64,000 bases of DNA from assembly GCA_028571455.1 (NCBI GenBank), contig JAPVVG010000103.1, positions 4,847-68,846 on the forward strand, given 5' to 3'. The position numbers and the translations under genes are program-made. Origin of the DNA: Desulfobacteraceae bacterium (GTDB lineage Bacteria; Desulfobacterota; Desulfobacteria; Desulfobacterales; ETH-SRB1). Positions within the stretch are counted from its first letter, which is position 1, and each line of letters begins with the position of its first letter. The notes below the pieces were generated by a model. The model ran no database searches, was not told where the DNA came from, and saw only the letters and a program-made list of their open reading frames with translations. Shown here piece by piece: positions 9,493 to 20,409 of the stretch.

Positions 9493-10440
9493 ATGTTAGG
9501 GTATCTAACTAAAATATGGACAATATCAGAAAGGCTCTTAAAAGAAAGCAAGGTAGATATGGTAATAGGTTTTCGCAAGGGAACCGTGCCGATGATGAAT
9601 GAGCCTTGCGTTGTTAAAAGTCCCGAAAATGTAAAAGAGCTTGTGTGGGACAGCAACTGTGGCATCAACCTGGCAAACTATCTGACCGACAGAAAAGAAA
9701 AAATTGCTGTTATAGCCAAGGGGTGCGATTCAAGAAATATTGTCACCCATATAATTGAAAATAAGATTAAAAGGGACCAATTGTTTGTTATCGGAGTGCC
9801 GTGCAAGGGGATGATCGACAGGCATAAGATTTCTTCAATGTTTGAAAAGGAAATAATCGAGGTTATAGAGGAGGAAAACAAGATCATTGTAAGGGGTAAT
9901 GATTGTGAGAAAATTTTTAAAAAAGCCGAGGTGTTGCAGGAAAACTGCGCAATATGCATCCATCGGAACCCTGTTATATACGATGAACTTGTCGCCGAAC
10001 CTGTTAAGGAACAAACAGACATTGACAGATATAAAGATGTGCGTCGGATTGAAGAGATGCAAGTGGAAGAAAAAAATAATTTTTTTGATGAAACCCTTTC
10101 AGCCTGCATCCGCTGCTATGCATGCAGAAATGCATGCCCGCTTTGCTACTGCCCCACATGCTTTGTAGATGAATCCCGGCCTCAGTGGTTAGGGAAAAGC
10201 ATTGATCCCGTAGATATTAAAACCTTTCATTTGCTAAGGGCCTTTCATTGCGCCGGCAGGTGCACAGATTGCGGCGCCTGCCAGCGGGCATGTCCAATGG
10301 GTATAAATGTCAGGATATTTACAAAAAAACTGGAAAAGGATTGTTTTGAATTATATGGCTGGGAGGCAGGTATGTCCTTAGATGAGCGCCCGCCCCTTGA
10401 TACATACAGGCCTGATGATCCGGAAGATTTTATTAAATAA
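9493..10440 (+). CDS. Fe-S cluster protein, FlxC-like (2x[4Fe-4S] ferredoxin motif region)
   Basis: 315 aa with CIRCYACRNACPLCYCPTC and CTDCGACQRACPMG. It sits directly after mvhD, as in flx-hdr clusters. Confidence 0.6.
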   Translation: MLGYLTKIWTISERLLKESKVDMVIGFRKGTVPMMNEPCVVKSPENVKELVWDSNCGINLANYLTDRKEKIAVIAKGCDSRNIVTHIIENKIKRDQLFVIGVPCKGMIDRHKISSMFEKEIIEVIEEENKIIVRGNDCEKIFKKAEVLQENCAICIHRNPVIYDELVAEPVKEQTDIDRYKDVRRIEEMQVEEKNNFFDETLSACIRCYACRNACPLCYCPTCFVDESRPQWLGKSIDPVDIKTFHLLRAFHCAGRCTDCGACQRACPMGINVRIFTKKLEKDCFELYGWEAGMSLDERPPLDTYRPDDPEDFIK

Positions 10441-10566
10441 GAAACTAAAAAATTAAGGAATTGAGGGATTAGGGGATTGAGGGATTAAAATCAATAGTCC
10501 GCCGCAGGCGGATCAATTCCTAAATTCCCCAATTCCTAAATCCCGAAATTCAATATAAAGCATACT

Positions 10567-11619
10567 ATGAAGATCATACGGATTGATAAAAAAAATTGGG
10601 CTGGCGGACTTGAAAAGCTAAAGGGATCCTATCGATTGTTTGGCCCTGTCAAGGATAATGAATTCCACAACTTTAAAAGGCTCGATAAAGATGAATTGCC
10701 GGATTTTAATTATTTCAATACACGTCTTTCACCAAAATCGATTATTTATCCCCAGTCTGAGATTATGCTTGAATATGAGCTGGATGAAAATAAAGAAAAT
10801 CATCATGTAATGAAAGAATCGAAAAAGGATTATTCACAACGCGTTGTAATCGGGATCAGACCATGTGATGCATCAGCTTTTTTATTGGTCAAACGCAACT
10901 TCGACACCCCTGAATATAAAGATCCATACTGGATCAGGTCTTATGAGGCAACCACATTTGTCGGGCTTGCGTGTAACAACCCGCAAGCCACCTGTTTCTG
11001 CACAAGCGCCGGCTGCGGCCCTTTTTATGAAGATGGGCTTGATGTTCTCCTTGTAGATGCCGGGGATCATTTTCTTGCAAAAATAATTTCTTCAAAGGGA
11101 GAAAATCTTTTAGAAGCTGCCGGCTGGGATACCGAGACTGATGCCGACGAACAAATCGAAACCATGAAACAGGAGGCAGAAGCCAGAATAACCTCTTTTG
11201 TTACCACTAATAAGTTAAAGGACAAAAAAATTATTGATCTTTTTGATGCCCCATTTTGGGAAGAGGTGGCTTTTGCATGCATAAACTGCGGAACATGCAC
11301 ATATGTTTGCCCAACATGCTGGTGTTTCGACATCCAGGATGAAGCATATGGGCTCTGCGGCATACGAATGCGAAATTGGGATAGCTGCATGTTTCCGCTT
11401 TTTACTCTTCATGGATCAGGGCACAATCCAAGAAGCACTAACATGCAAAGGGTCAGGCAGCGATTTATGCACAAGCTTAAATATTATGTGGACAAATATA
11501 ATGATGGAATTCAATGTGTTGGATGCGGCAGATGCATACGTCTGTGTCCGGTAAATATCGATATACGAAAGATATGCAATATGATGAACAGCTATGAGGT
11601 TCAAGTTACAAGTGACTAA
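10567..11619 (+). CDS. Fe-S cluster protein, FlxB/AsrA/sulfhydrogenase-beta-like
   Basis: 350 aa with CINCGTCTYVCPTCWC and CVGCGRCIRLCPVNI. Confidence 0.6.
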   Translation: MKIIRIDKKNWAGGLEKLKGSYRLFGPVKDNEFHNFKRLDKDELPDFNYFNTRLSPKSIIYPQSEIMLEYELDENKENHHVMKESKKDYSQRVVIGIRPCDASAFLLVKRNFDTPEYKDPYWIRSYEATTFVGLACNNPQATCFCTSAGCGPFYEDGLDVLLVDAGDHFLAKIISSKGENLLEAAGWDTETDADEQIETMKQEAEARITSFVTTNKLKDKKIIDLFDAPFWEEVAFACINCGTCTYVCPTCWCFDIQDEAYGLCGIRMRNWDSCMFPLFTLHGSGHNPRSTNMQRVRQRFMHKLKYYVDKYNDGIQCVGCGRCIRLCPVNIDIRKICNMMNSYEVQVTSD

Positions 11620-11635
11620 AGTTAAGGAAAATAGA

Positions 11636-12481
11636 ATGCAAAATCCATATTTACCATATCCTGTTCGCATAGAGGAAATAATAACCGAAACCGAAGATAA
11701 AAATCTTAAAACATTTAAGTTGGTCTTTTTAAACCCTGATGACCAGGAAAAATTTTTATATAAGGCTGGACAGTTTGCAGAGCTTTCCGTGGCGGGAAAA
11801 GGAGAAGTGCCTATAGGAATTGCCTCATCCCCTTCGGAAAAAGGATATCTGATGTTTACCATCAACAAGGTCGGGCTGGTTACTACCACCCTCCATTGCA
11901 TGAAACCGGGAGATATTATGGGTATTCGCGGGCCTCTTGGCAACAGTTATCCCTGGGATATCCTAAAAGGAAAAAATGTTGTGATAATCGGCGGCGGATT
12001 TGCCTTTACCACGCTTCGCTCCGCCATAGTATATATGCTTGATCCTGTGAATCGCCCGAATTTCAAAAAAATCCATGTAATATATGGCGCGCGGTCTCCA
12101 GGTATGCTTTTATATAAGGATGAACTGGCTGCATGGGAAGCACGTGATGATATTAATATGCATATTACCGTTGATTCAACAGAGGATCCAACCTGGAAAT
12201 ATAATGTCGGGTTTGTGCCGACCATCACCGAACAAAAAGCGCCTCCGGGCAATGAGGACACATACGCCATTATTTGCGGCCCGCCGATCATGATCAAATT
12301 TACCCAGCCGGTATTAGACAGGCTCGGCTATTGCCATGACAAGATCATTATGTCCCTTGAAATGCGCATGAAGTGCGGCATTGGAATGTGCGGCAGGTGC
12401 AATATCGGAAAAGAATTTGTATGCAAAGACGGACCGGTTTTTACGCTGGCTCAGTTAAATGAAATGCCAAAGGAATATTGA
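11636..12481 (+). CDS. FAD/NAD(P)-binding oxidoreductase with C-terminal [2Fe-2S] motif, FlxA/PyrK/AsrB-like
   Basis: ATG at 11636 follows AAGGAAA. It has a ferredoxin-reductase-type fold (VIIGGGFAFTTLRS) and C-terminal CGIGMCGRCN...C. Confidence 0.7.
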   Translation: MQNPYLPYPVRIEEIITETEDKNLKTFKLVFLNPDDQEKFLYKAGQFAELSVAGKGEVPIGIASSPSEKGYLMFTINKVGLVTTTLHCMKPGDIMGIRGPLGNSYPWDILKGKNVVIIGGGFAFTTLRSAIVYMLDPVNRPNFKKIHVIYGARSPGMLLYKDELAAWEARDDINMHITVDSTEDPTWKYNVGFVPTITEQKAPPGNEDTYAIICGPPIMIKFTQPVLDRLGYCHDKIIMSLEMRMKCGIGMCGRCNIGKEFVCKDGPVFTLAQLNEMPKEY

Positions 12482-12753
12482 TGGTTTCGTAAAAATTCAT
12501 AAAACCACTTTTCACGAAATGTGTTAAGCGTTAGGTGTTAAGCGTTAAGCGTTTGATATGATAGATAATTACCTTATCTTAACACCTAACACTTAACACC
12601 TAACACCTGATAGATTAGCCTTTTTACGAGTTTATTATGTTTTAATATTGACATTTATTAATTAATAATATATTGAAGTTAGGTAAATTAATACGAGATT
12701 AAAGGGCGGAAAGCCATAATAATTTTATTTTTTTACAAAGGAGGGATTTTTTT

Positions 12754-13071
12754 ATGGATGATGTTGAATTCATGGGTAAAACATTTAGCGTAGATGAGGA
12801 CGGATTTATTGATGATTTTAATAACTGGTGTCCTGAATGGGAACAGTATGTTAAAACAACAGAGGGTATTGAAGAGCTGAATGAAGAGCATAGAAAAGTT
12901 GTTACTGTTCTTCGTGAATATTATACGAAGAATGGAATTGCTCCAATGGTTCGGATACTTTCCAAGGTTACAGGCTACAAACTGAAACACATATATGAAC
13001 TTTATCCGTCCGGACCTGGCAAAGGAGCATGTAAGATGGCCGGTCTTCCAAAACCTACAGGATGCGTCTAA
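12754..13071 (+). CDS. dsrC: DsrC (dissimilatory sulfite reductase gamma subunit / TusE family) with both C-terminal redox cysteines
   Basis: 105 aa ending GACKMAGLPKPTGCV. A strong AAGGAGGG RBS lies upstream. Confidence 0.9.
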   Translation: MDDVEFMGKTFSVDEDGFIDDFNNWCPEWEQYVKTTEGIEELNEEHRKVVTVLREYYTKNGIAPMVRILSKVTGYKLKHIYELYPSGPGKGACKMAGLPKPTGCV

Positions 13072-13116
13072 GTCAAGCAAACAATGGTTTATTTAACACA
13101 TTTTTAACTAAAAAAG

Positions 13117-13142
13117 CCCTGCATAATATGCGGGGTTTTTTT
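13117..13142 (+). terminator. Putative intrinsic terminator after dsrC
   Basis: Stem CCCTGCAT-AAT-ATGCGGGG (8 bp including one G-U) followed by T7. Confidence 0.55.
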
Positions 13143-13157
13143 ATTAAGCTAAAAATC

Positions 13158-13613
13158 ATGCCTTCAATGGATGACATAGACAGGAAAATTCTAAACAAGA
13201 TACAATCCAACTTTCCGATAATCTCCCGCCCCTGTCTTTCCATTGCTAATGACTTGGCCATTTCTGAAGATGAGGTTTTAAAACGTCTTGCCAGGTTAAA
13301 GGCAAAAAAAATTATACGACGAATAGGGGGCAACTTTGTCCCTGAAAAATTAGGATTTGTCAGCACTCTCTGTGCAGCAAAGGTTCCGGAAGATATGATT
13401 AAATCCTTTGTCAAAGAGGTTAACGGCTATCCAGGAGTAACTCATAATTACAGGCGTAATAATAAGTATAATATATGGTTTACCTTTATTGCGCCATCCA
13501 TGGATGGAATAGAGGCAAATCTTAAAAAAATCTCTCAGCAAACCGGAATAACCGATATTATCAACCTGCCTGCAACAAAGGTTTTTAAAATAAATGCTCA
13601 CTTTGAGCTATAA
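13158..13613 (+). CDS. AsnC/Lrp-fold siroheme decarboxylase subunit (AhbA/AhbB, NirD/L-like)
   Basis: From ATG 13158: MPSMDDIDRKILNKIQSNFPI...GVTHNYRRNNKYNIWFTFIA. This is the signature region of Ahb/Nir decarboxylase subunits. Confidence 0.6.
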   Translation: MPSMDDIDRKILNKIQSNFPIISRPCLSIANDLAISEDEVLKRLARLKAKKIIRRIGGNFVPEKLGFVSTLCAAKVPEDMIKSFVKEVNGYPGVTHNYRRNNKYNIWFTFIAPSMDGIEANLKKISQQTGITDIINLPATKVFKINAHFEL

Positions 13614-13646
13614 AGCCTAAAACATTACACATCAAGTATCCTATCT

Positions 13647-14459
13647 ATGAAAGATATACGCGTTGCCGTTGTCGTCTCCAATTCACCTGTAAATAAAACC
13701 GGACACAACCTTGACCAAACAGCAAGGTGGATAAAAATAGCAAAAAATCAGGGCGCTTCAATAATCTGTTTCCCTGAAATGAATATTACGGGTTACAGCG
13801 TAAGCACCGATATATCAGATGCGGCAGAACCTGTTCCAGGTCCGGCAACGGATAAACTCTTAAATCTTGCATCAGAGAAAAATATTGTCATTCTTGCAGG
13901 CATGGCTGAAAAGGATAAAAAGGGACGTATATTCGCAACCCACCTGATTGTTAAACCTCACGAAGATCTCGGTGTATACCAAAAGCTGTATATAGCTCCG
14001 CCTGAACGCTCAATCTATACGCCGGGCGATAAAATCCCGCTGTTTGAAACCCAGGGTGTTAAATTCGGCATACAGCTTTGCTATGATACTCACTTTCCCG
14101 AACTTTCCACCCATATGGCCATAAATGGCGCTGATATTATTTTCATGCCGCATGCATCTCCAAGAGGAACTCCTGATGAAAAATTCAAATCATGGATGCG
14201 GCATCTTCCTGCAAGGGCTTATGATAACAGCCTATTTGTTATTGCATGCAACCAGACCGGTAATAACGAAAAAGGGCTCGGTTTCCCGGGTGTTTCCTTA
14301 ATAATCGATCCGTCAGGCAATGTTATTAAAAAGAATGTAACAGGCGAGGAGAGTATAATTGTTGTGGATCTAAAGGCTGATGACTTAAGCCGTGTGCGCA
14401 ATAACAGGATGAGTTTTTTCCTTCCAAACAAAAGGGCGGATCTGTATAACAAATCTTAA
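13647..14459 (+). CDS. Carbon-nitrogen hydrolase family protein (nitrilase superfamily)
   Basis: 270 aa. Residues fitting the catalytic E-K-C triad context: FPEMNITGY, KLYIAPPE, GIQLCYD. Confidence 0.8.
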   Translation: MKDIRVAVVVSNSPVNKTGHNLDQTARWIKIAKNQGASIICFPEMNITGYSVSTDISDAAEPVPGPATDKLLNLASEKNIVILAGMAEKDKKGRIFATHLIVKPHEDLGVYQKLYIAPPERSIYTPGDKIPLFETQGVKFGIQLCYDTHFPELSTHMAINGADIIFMPHASPRGTPDEKFKSWMRHLPARAYDNSLFVIACNQTGNNEKGLGFPGVSLIIDPSGNVIKKNVTGEESIIVVDLKADDLSRVRNNRMSFFLPNKRADLYNKS

Positions 14460-14462
14460 TTA

Positions 14463-14633
14463 TTATGATTTTCTGCTTCGTATATAATCAAGAAGATATG
14501 CTATCCCGACTAAAAAAACGGCAAGACCGGCTACATGGAAAGCATCGGTTTGGGCATAAAAAAAACGTGTTAAAAAAACTGCAAAACCAACTCCGAGTAT
14601 GGCCCTTATTACAAATATATGAAATTGATTCAA
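14463..14633 (-). CDS. Possible small two-TM membrane protein (TTG start)
   Basis: Own translation: LNQFHIFVIRAILGVGFAVFLTRFFYAQTDAFHVAGLAVFLVGIAYLLDYIRSRKS. It is more protein-like than the overlapping track ORF 14488-14733. Confidence 0.3.
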   Translation of the reverse strand: MNQFHIFVIRAILGVGFAVFLTRFFYAQTDAFHVAGLAVFLVGIAYLLDYIRSRKS

Positions 14634-14734
14634 AATAGTTACCTGTAATATAATTAATTTTTTTTAAAGTAAAACAACAAAAATCAACAAGATGTCTGTC
14701 ATCAGCATTCCCGTACAAAATAAAGCAACTCAAG

Positions 14735-14840
14735 TTTGATGAATTCGTAAAAAGTCAAAAATCGAGTCACTCCCGCGAAAGCGGGAGTCCATAACAACCT
14801 GTAATTACTGGATTCCCGCTTTCGCGGGAATGACGGTTAA
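14735..14840. repeat. Interspersed palindromic repeats (two CCCGCGAAAGCGGG-type hairpins), same family as 1796-2045
   Basis: ACTCCCGCGAAAGCGGGAGT at 14769-14788. ATTCCCGCTTTCGCGGGAAT at 14812-14831. Confidence 0.8.
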
Positions 14841-15072
14841 GAGGTATGTTGGACTTTCAAATAACTAAATCATAACCTTTTGATATGATTGACAAGTTAT
14901 TTTCGGTTACAGTGCCGCAGGCGACATAAAATAACTTTTTATAAGAATATCAATATTAAAGATTTGTGTCAAATTTATCTGTTTTTTTCTTTACTTAATT
15001 ATCAGTTATTGTTATAATTTGTAAATTAAACTTTTATCAACAGTTTGAAAGCAAACAAAATCGTCTTTATAC

Positions 15073-15296
15073 GTAGCCGTTCACGGCTTGAAACTTGAAA
15101 TTAGAAAGTAGAAATTTGGGAGAAAGCAGGTATGCATTCCCACGCAGGAGCGTGGGAACGAGCCAAACGCAACAGAATACAAAGCAATAGTTGAAAAACT
15201 CGGCCCAAAATTGAATGCGTTTATCAACAGTACAAAAGCATGAAGGCCAAATTTCCAATTTCTATTTTCTAATTTCAACGTTCCGTGAACGCTTAC
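15073..15296. mobile_element. MITE-like palindromic cassette, copy D1 (about 45-bp imperfect terminal inverted repeats; internal remnant of a four-helix-bundle gene 3' end)
   Basis: Left arm is GTAGCCGTTCACGGCTTGAAACTTGAAATTAGAAAGTAGAAATT. Right arm is its imperfect reverse complement. The interior encodes ...EYKAIVEKLGPKLNAFINSTKA-stop. Confidence 0.7.
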
Positions 15297-15329
15297 CTTT
15301 ATACAAAGGGTTACTGGAGGATTATAAAA

Positions 15330-15485
15330 ATGGACATCAGCAGAAAGTTGGGCATTTTAGTTTTTTGTGCTGTACCGGCAATTATTGGCGGAGGTATTGT
15401 TTACGCTATTTTTGGAACTTATCCCTCTGTTTTCATATTTGAAATCCTTCTTTTATTCGTAGCTTTAGGCATTATCAGCAAGTAA
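15330..15485 (+). CDS. Hypothetical small membrane protein
   Basis: ATG at 15330 follows GGAGG. Sequence MDISRKLGILVFCAVPAIIGGGIVYAIFGTYPSVFIFEILLLFVALGIISK has two hydrophobic helices. Confidence 0.35.
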   Translation: MDISRKLGILVFCAVPAIIGGGIVYAIFGTYPSVFIFEILLLFVALGIISK

Positions 15486-15792
15486 AGTGGGTCGTTCAAA
15501 AAATCACGGATCTTGAGGCCAGGGGTAAGGAATAAAGATCTTAGCGCACAGAAATTTAATTCGCTCGTTTTTCCCGTGGCCTGTCTGCGTCTGCCTGTGC
15601 GTGCCTGCACGCAGACAGGTCTGCCTGCGCGTTGCATCTGCCTGCGTGCTATTTTCCACCAAACAGGTCCGAACGGGTCGTTTCCGGATCGAAATTTTAT
15701 TCCAAGCAGTAAATTATCGGTTAATCAATTAGCCAAATCGATATGTTCTGAAACTACGAGCGTTACTTATTGATTTTGTTCCTGGAGGTATT

Positions 15793-16878
15793 ATGCGAGA
15801 TAGCAATTCTCGAAATATCATTTTCTGGTTTTTTCTATCCCTTTTTATCCTTTCAATTGCAATGCTCGCATGGCTTATATGGCCATTTATATCGATAATT
15901 ATTCTTGCCTCTGTTATTACAGGCATTTTCAGCCCTGTTTTTAATTTAATAAGTGTAAAAAATAAAATAACCCCCCCTTTTGCCTCATTTTTAACCTGCA
16001 TTTTAATATTTTGTATCGTGCTTGTTCCCATAGGATTTTTTGTGGGCATACTATCAAAAGAGGCGCATGATCTTTATATAACCGCTAAGAGCGCATTATT
16101 AAATGACCAGCTAAAAAATCTTATTTCAAACAGCGGTCTTCTTGAAAAAGCAAACCTTGTGCTCACGCATTTCAATATTGAACTCACCGGAGAAGCGCTA
16201 AACAAGGCTATTTCAGAAATTGGTAAAATTGTTGGCCTTTTTCTTTACGAGCAGGCCAGATCAATTGCCGCAAATACACTCGCATTTTTTGTAAACATAT
16301 TTCTTATGCTTCTCGTCGTCTATTTTCTTCTAATCGATGGAAACAAATTGATTTCTTTTATTACCGATCTTTCCCCGCTCCCAAAAGAACAGGACGAAAA
16401 ATTAATCCGAAAATTTAAGGATATGGCGGGAGCCGTTCTGATCGGCAACGGTCTTGGTGGTTTGATCCAGGGAATATTGGGCGGAACCGTTTTCATGCTG
16501 TTTGGTTTAAAGTCCCCTTTTCTGTGGGGTGTGATAATGGCTCTGCTTGCATTTCTTCCTATAATAGGGATTGGAGTTGTATTTATACCAGCGGCTATAT
16601 ATCTTTTTTTAAAAGGACAGATCGCCTCTGCTATCTTCTTTGTTATTTTTTATATAATCCTTTCCGGTGGCATTGAATACATCTTCAAACCGAAAATAGT
16701 GGGCCAGCGCGTTAAAATGCATACACTTCTTGTATTCTTTTCCATAATCGGAGGCCTGAAGCTGTTCGGAATTCTTGGCATTATATACGGCCCGCTTATT
16801 GTAACCGCGTTTTTGACCCTGACCGATATTTATCATGCCAGTTACCAGAAACTGCTTGGGCCAAAGGAATTGACATAA
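15793..16878 (+). CDS. AI-2E family transporter (PerM-like permease)
   Basis: 361-aa polytopic membrane protein with the typical AI-2E length and topology. Confidence 0.7.
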   Translation: MRDSNSRNIIFWFFLSLFILSIAMLAWLIWPFISIIILASVITGIFSPVFNLISVKNKITPPFASFLTCILIFCIVLVPIGFFVGILSKEAHDLYITAKSALLNDQLKNLISNSGLLEKANLVLTHFNIELTGEALNKAISEIGKIVGLFLYEQARSIAANTLAFFVNIFLMLLVVYFLLIDGNKLISFITDLSPLPKEQDEKLIRKFKDMAGAVLIGNGLGGLIQGILGGTVFMLFGLKSPFLWGVIMALLAFLPIIGIGVVFIPAAIYLFLKGQIASAIFFVIFYIILSGGIEYIFKPKIVGQRVKMHTLLVFFSIIGGLKLFGILGIIYGPLIVTAFLTLTDIYHASYQKLLGPKELT

Positions 16879-19328
16879 TGTATACAGGAAAAATGTCGGA
16901 AATCAGCATTGAAAGCGAGATGAAAAAATCTTATCTCGATTATGCCATGAGCGTAATCATAGGAAGGGCTTTGCCGGATGTTCGTGACGGCCTGAAACCT
17001 GTACACCGACGTGTGCTGTATGCAATGCGTGAGCTTAAAAACGACTGGAACAAACCTTATAAAAAGTCTGCCCGCATTGTCGGAGATGTTATCGGCAAAT
17101 ATCATCCTCATGGTGATACTGCCGTCTATGACACAATTGTGAGGATGGCGCAGGATTTTTCTTTAAGGTATCTTCTTATAAACGGCCAGGGAAATTTTGG
17201 CTCCGTTGACGGGGATTCTCCCGCAGCAATGAGATACACAGAGATCAGAATGACGCGCCTGGCACATCAGATGCTGGAAGATTTGGACAAAGAAACAGTT
17301 GGCTGGGTCCCGAATTATGATGAATCCTTGAATGAGCCCTTAGTGCTTCCTGCCAAGCTTCCTAATCTCTTGATCAATGGTTCTTCCGGCATAGCGGTCG
17401 GCATGGCGACTAATATTCCGCCGCATAATCTTTCTGAAATAATTGCGGCAATAAATGCGATAATAGACAACAATGCAATTTCATGTCAGGACCTTATGAA
17501 ATTGGCACCTGGGCCTGACTTTCCTACAGGCGGCATTATTTACGGAACAACCGGTATAATTGACGCATATAAAACCGGACGCGGCATAATTCGTGTAAGA
17601 GCAAAAATTCAAATCGAAAAGGACAAAAGAACGCAAAGTGAAACCATAATAATTACACAGCTCCCTTATCAGGTTAATAAAGCTAAGCTTGTTGAAAAAA
17701 TTGCCGGAATGATAAGGCACAAGCAAATAGAGGGAATAAGATATGTAAGGGATGAATCCGACAGAGAGGGAATGCGGATCGCTATCAGCCTTAAGAGGGA
17801 TCAGATTGCAGGGGTGGTGATTAATCAGCTTTATAAGCACACACAGTTGGAGAATACTTTTGGCATTATACTTCTTGCTATTGTAAACAACCGGCCGCAG
17901 CTTTTATCTTTTAAAGAAATCCTTGAACATTTTATTTACCACCGCAAAAACATAATTATTCGGCGGACCAGTTATGATCTGAAAAAGGCCAGGGCGCGCG
18001 CTCATATACTCGAAGGCTTGAAAGTCGCCCTTGATAATCTTGATAATGTTGTTTCCCTTATTAGAAAATCAAGATCTCCTGCTGATGCAAAGACAGGTCT
18101 GATTCAAAAATTTGACTTAAGCGCAATCCAGGCTCAGGCAATATTGGAGATGCGCCTTCAAAGGCTTACCGGTCTTGAACGTGAAAAAATATTAGAAGAA
18201 TACAAGAACGTTTTACAAGATATCGCAAGATTCAAAGAAATACTTGCCAGCGAAAAAATAGTAGAACAAATCATCAAAGAGGAGCTTTCCGAGATACAAA
18301 ATGAATTCGGAGATCCTCGCCGCACTGAAATACTGGAATCTACAAAGGAGATTACAATAGAGGACATGATTGTTGAAGAGGATATGGTCGTTACCATATC
18401 CAACAGCGGTTATATAAAGCGAAATCCAATTACCCTTTATCAAAGTCAGCGGCGGGGCGGTAAAGGAAAGACAGGCATGGGAATAAAGGAGGAAGATTTC
18501 GTCAAACTTCTTTTTGTAGCCTCCACTCACCATACATTCCTTTTTTTTACAAATCTTGGAAGGGTTTACTGGCGCAAAGTATATGATATCCCTCAGGCAG
18601 GTCGTTTGAGCCGCGGCAAAGCGATCGTTAATTTTCTTAACTTTGAAAAGGATGAAAAGCTTACAGCGGTGCTTGATGTGCCGTCATTTGAACCGGGCTA
18701 TCATGTTATTATGGCCACAAAAAACGGGCTTGTAAAAAAGACCGAACTTATGGCTTACAGCCACCCCAGGGCAGGAGGTATCATAGCCTTGAAACTTGCC
18801 TTAGATGATAAATTGATCGGAACACGGATAACAGATGGAACAATGAATGTCTTTCTGGGCTCTGCTGCTGGCAAATCAATACGTTTCCACGAATCTGATG
18901 TTCGCCCAACAGGCCGCGTTACAGGTGGGGTACGTGGGCTGAAGCTGGCTACCGGTGACCATATAGTCGGCATGGAGGTTTTGAGCCATGGCCAGACATT
19001 ATTTACAGCCACAGAAAACGGGTATGGGAAAAGAACATCGATCGATGAATATCATGTTCAAAAACGTGGGGGTAAAGGTGTGATTACCATCAAAACAAGT
19101 AAGCGGAATGGGCTTGTAGTTGCAATGCTTCTTGTGGAAGAGGATGACGACCTTATGCTCATGACTAACAGCGGCAAGATTATACGCATGCCCATAAAAG
19201 GAATTTCGATTATCAGTCGCAACACCCAGGGCGTAAAGCTTATAAATATTAATCCAGGAGAAAAGGTGATCGGGGCTGCCGGGCTTGCTGAAAAGGAAGA
19301 GGAAAAGGTAATACAACTCAATGAATAA
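16878..19328 (+). CDS. gyrA: DNA gyrase subunit A
   Basis: 816 aa. Contains [24 protein letters not shown] and the active-site region AAMRYTE, followed by C-terminal beta-pinwheel repeats. Confidence 0.95.
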   Translation: MYTGKMSEISIESEMKKSYLDYAMSVIIGRALPDVRDGLKPVHRRVLYAMRELKNDWNKPYKKSARIVGDVIGKYHPHGDTAVYDTIVRMAQDFSLRYLLINGQGNFGSVDGDSPAAMRYTEIRMTRLAHQMLEDLDKETVGWVPNYDESLNEPLVLPAKLPNLLINGSSGIAVGMATNIPPHNLSEIIAAINAIIDNNAISCQDLMKLAPGPDFPTGGIIYGTTGIIDAYKTGRGIIRVRAKIQIEKDKRTQSETIIITQLPYQVNKAKLVEKIAGMIRHKQIEGIRYVRDESDREGMRIAISLKRDQIAGVVINQLYKHTQLENTFGIILLAIVNNRPQLLSFKEILEHFIYHRKNIIIRRTSYDLKKARARAHILEGLKVALDNLDNVVSLIRKSRSPADAKTGLIQKFDLSAIQAQAILEMRLQRLTGLEREKILEEYKNVLQDIARFKEILASEKIVEQIIKEELSEIQNEFGDPRRTEILESTKEITIEDMIVEEDMVVTISNSGYIKRNPITLYQSQRRGGKGKTGMGIKEEDFVKLLFVASTHHTFLFFTNLGRVYWRKVYDIPQAGRLSRGKAIVNFLNFEKDEKLTAVLDVPSFEPGYHVIMATKNGLVKKTELMAYSHPRAGGIIALKLALDDKLIGTRITDGTMNVFLGSAAGKSIRFHESDVRPTGRVTGGVRGLKLATGDHIVGMEVLSHGQTLFTATENGYGKRTSIDEYHVQKRGGKGVITIKTSKRNGLVVAMLLVEEDDDLMLMTNSGKIIRMPIKGISIISRNTQGVKLININPGEKVIGAAGLAEKEEEKVIQLNE

Positions 19329-20352
19329 TATAGATGTAAATTCCACAAAGATAGGTGTCGTTGGAGGTGGAAGCTGGGGGACAACTCTGGCCAATCTTCT
19401 TGGCCGGAAAGGTTTTAATATTGACCTGTGGGTATTTGAAGCTGAAGTAATTAAGCAGATTAAGGAGTTAAGAGAAAACAGGCTGTTTCTTCCCGGTATT
19501 TCCCTCTCCTCAAACATATGCCCGTCAAACGATCTGTCTCGCGTTGTATCGGGCAAGGACCTGGTGCTTATTGTTGTGCCCTCTCACTTTATGAGGGAAA
19601 CATCACATAAAATTGCCGGATATGTTTCAAAGGATACCATAATAGTTTCTGCCTCAAAAGGGATTGAGAACAAAACCCATTTAACCATGTCCGGCGTGCT
19701 TAAAGAAACACTTCCGAAAATTCCTGAGAAGCATATTGCAGCTCTTTCCGGTCCCAGTTTTGCCCGTGAAGTTGCTTCAAATGTTCCAACCTTGGTCGCT
19801 GTGGCATCAAAAGACAAAAAGACGGCCTCCTTTGTACAGCATGTTTTTGTCACTCCTCTTTTTAGAGTGTACACAAATAATGATATTATCGGGGTGGAAT
19901 TAGGCGGCTCTGTCAAGAATGTAATTGCCATTGCCTCAGGAATGATCGATGGGCTCGGTTTTGGCCTGAATACCAGGGCGGCTCTGATTACCAGGGGTCT
20001 CACGGAAATCAGGCGTCTTGGCTTAAAACTTGGGGCAAACCCACGCACATTCACCGGCCTGACCGGTGTTGGAGATTTGATCCTGACCTGCACCGGAAAG
20101 TTAAGCCGCAACTACACTGTCGGCAAACAGTTAGGCCGGGGTAAGAGGTTGCAGGATATCCTGTCTGAAATGCGCATGGTTGCCGAAGGAATTAAAACAG
20201 CCAAATCTGTTTACAACCTGTCTCGCAAGATCGGTGTTGAAATGCCGATTTGTCACGAGATCTACCATATACTTTATGACGATGCTTCTCCAAAAGAGGC
20301 ATTGCAAAGGCTAATGACTCGCGATCTTAAACATGAGCTGGATGAATTGTAG
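19321..20352 (+). CDS. gpsA: NAD(P)H-dependent glycerol-3-phosphate dehydrogenase
   Basis: 343 aa with [12 protein letters not shown] and conserved GpsA core motifs. Confidence 0.9.
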   Translation: MNNIDVNSTKIGVVGGGSWGTTLANLLGRKGFNIDLWVFEAEVIKQIKELRENRLFLPGISLSSNICPSNDLSRVVSGKDLVLIVVPSHFMRETSHKIAGYVSKDTIIVSASKGIENKTHLTMSGVLKETLPKIPEKHIAALSGPSFAREVASNVPTLVAVASKDKKTASFVQHVFVTPLFRVYTNNDIIGVELGGSVKNVIAIASGMIDGLGFGLNTRAALITRGLTEIRRLGLKLGANPRTFTGLTGVGDLILTCTGKLSRNYTVGKQLGRGKRLQDILSEMRMVAEGIKTAKSVYNLSRKIGVEMPICHEIYHILYDDASPKEALQRLMTRDLKHELDEL

Positions 20353-20409
20353 GCACAACGAGATCAGAGGTCAGAAGTCAGAAGTCGGTGGATAGAGTGT
20401 TATAAAAAA

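Noticed and set aside
12648-12674. TTGACA ... TATATT upstream of dsrC as a promoter
   Set aside because: The spacing between the hexamers is only about 15 nt and the region is uniformly AT-rich, so the match is not convincing enough to annotate.
18999-20111. Long antisense ORFs (18999-19556 and 19584-20111 here; also 11416-11943, 9678-10109, 17481-17840, 57233-57784)
   Set aside because: Each lies fully opposite a strongly supported gene (gyrA, gpsA, flx genes, the 595-aa ORF). Their composition is low-complexity and no motifs are recognisable.
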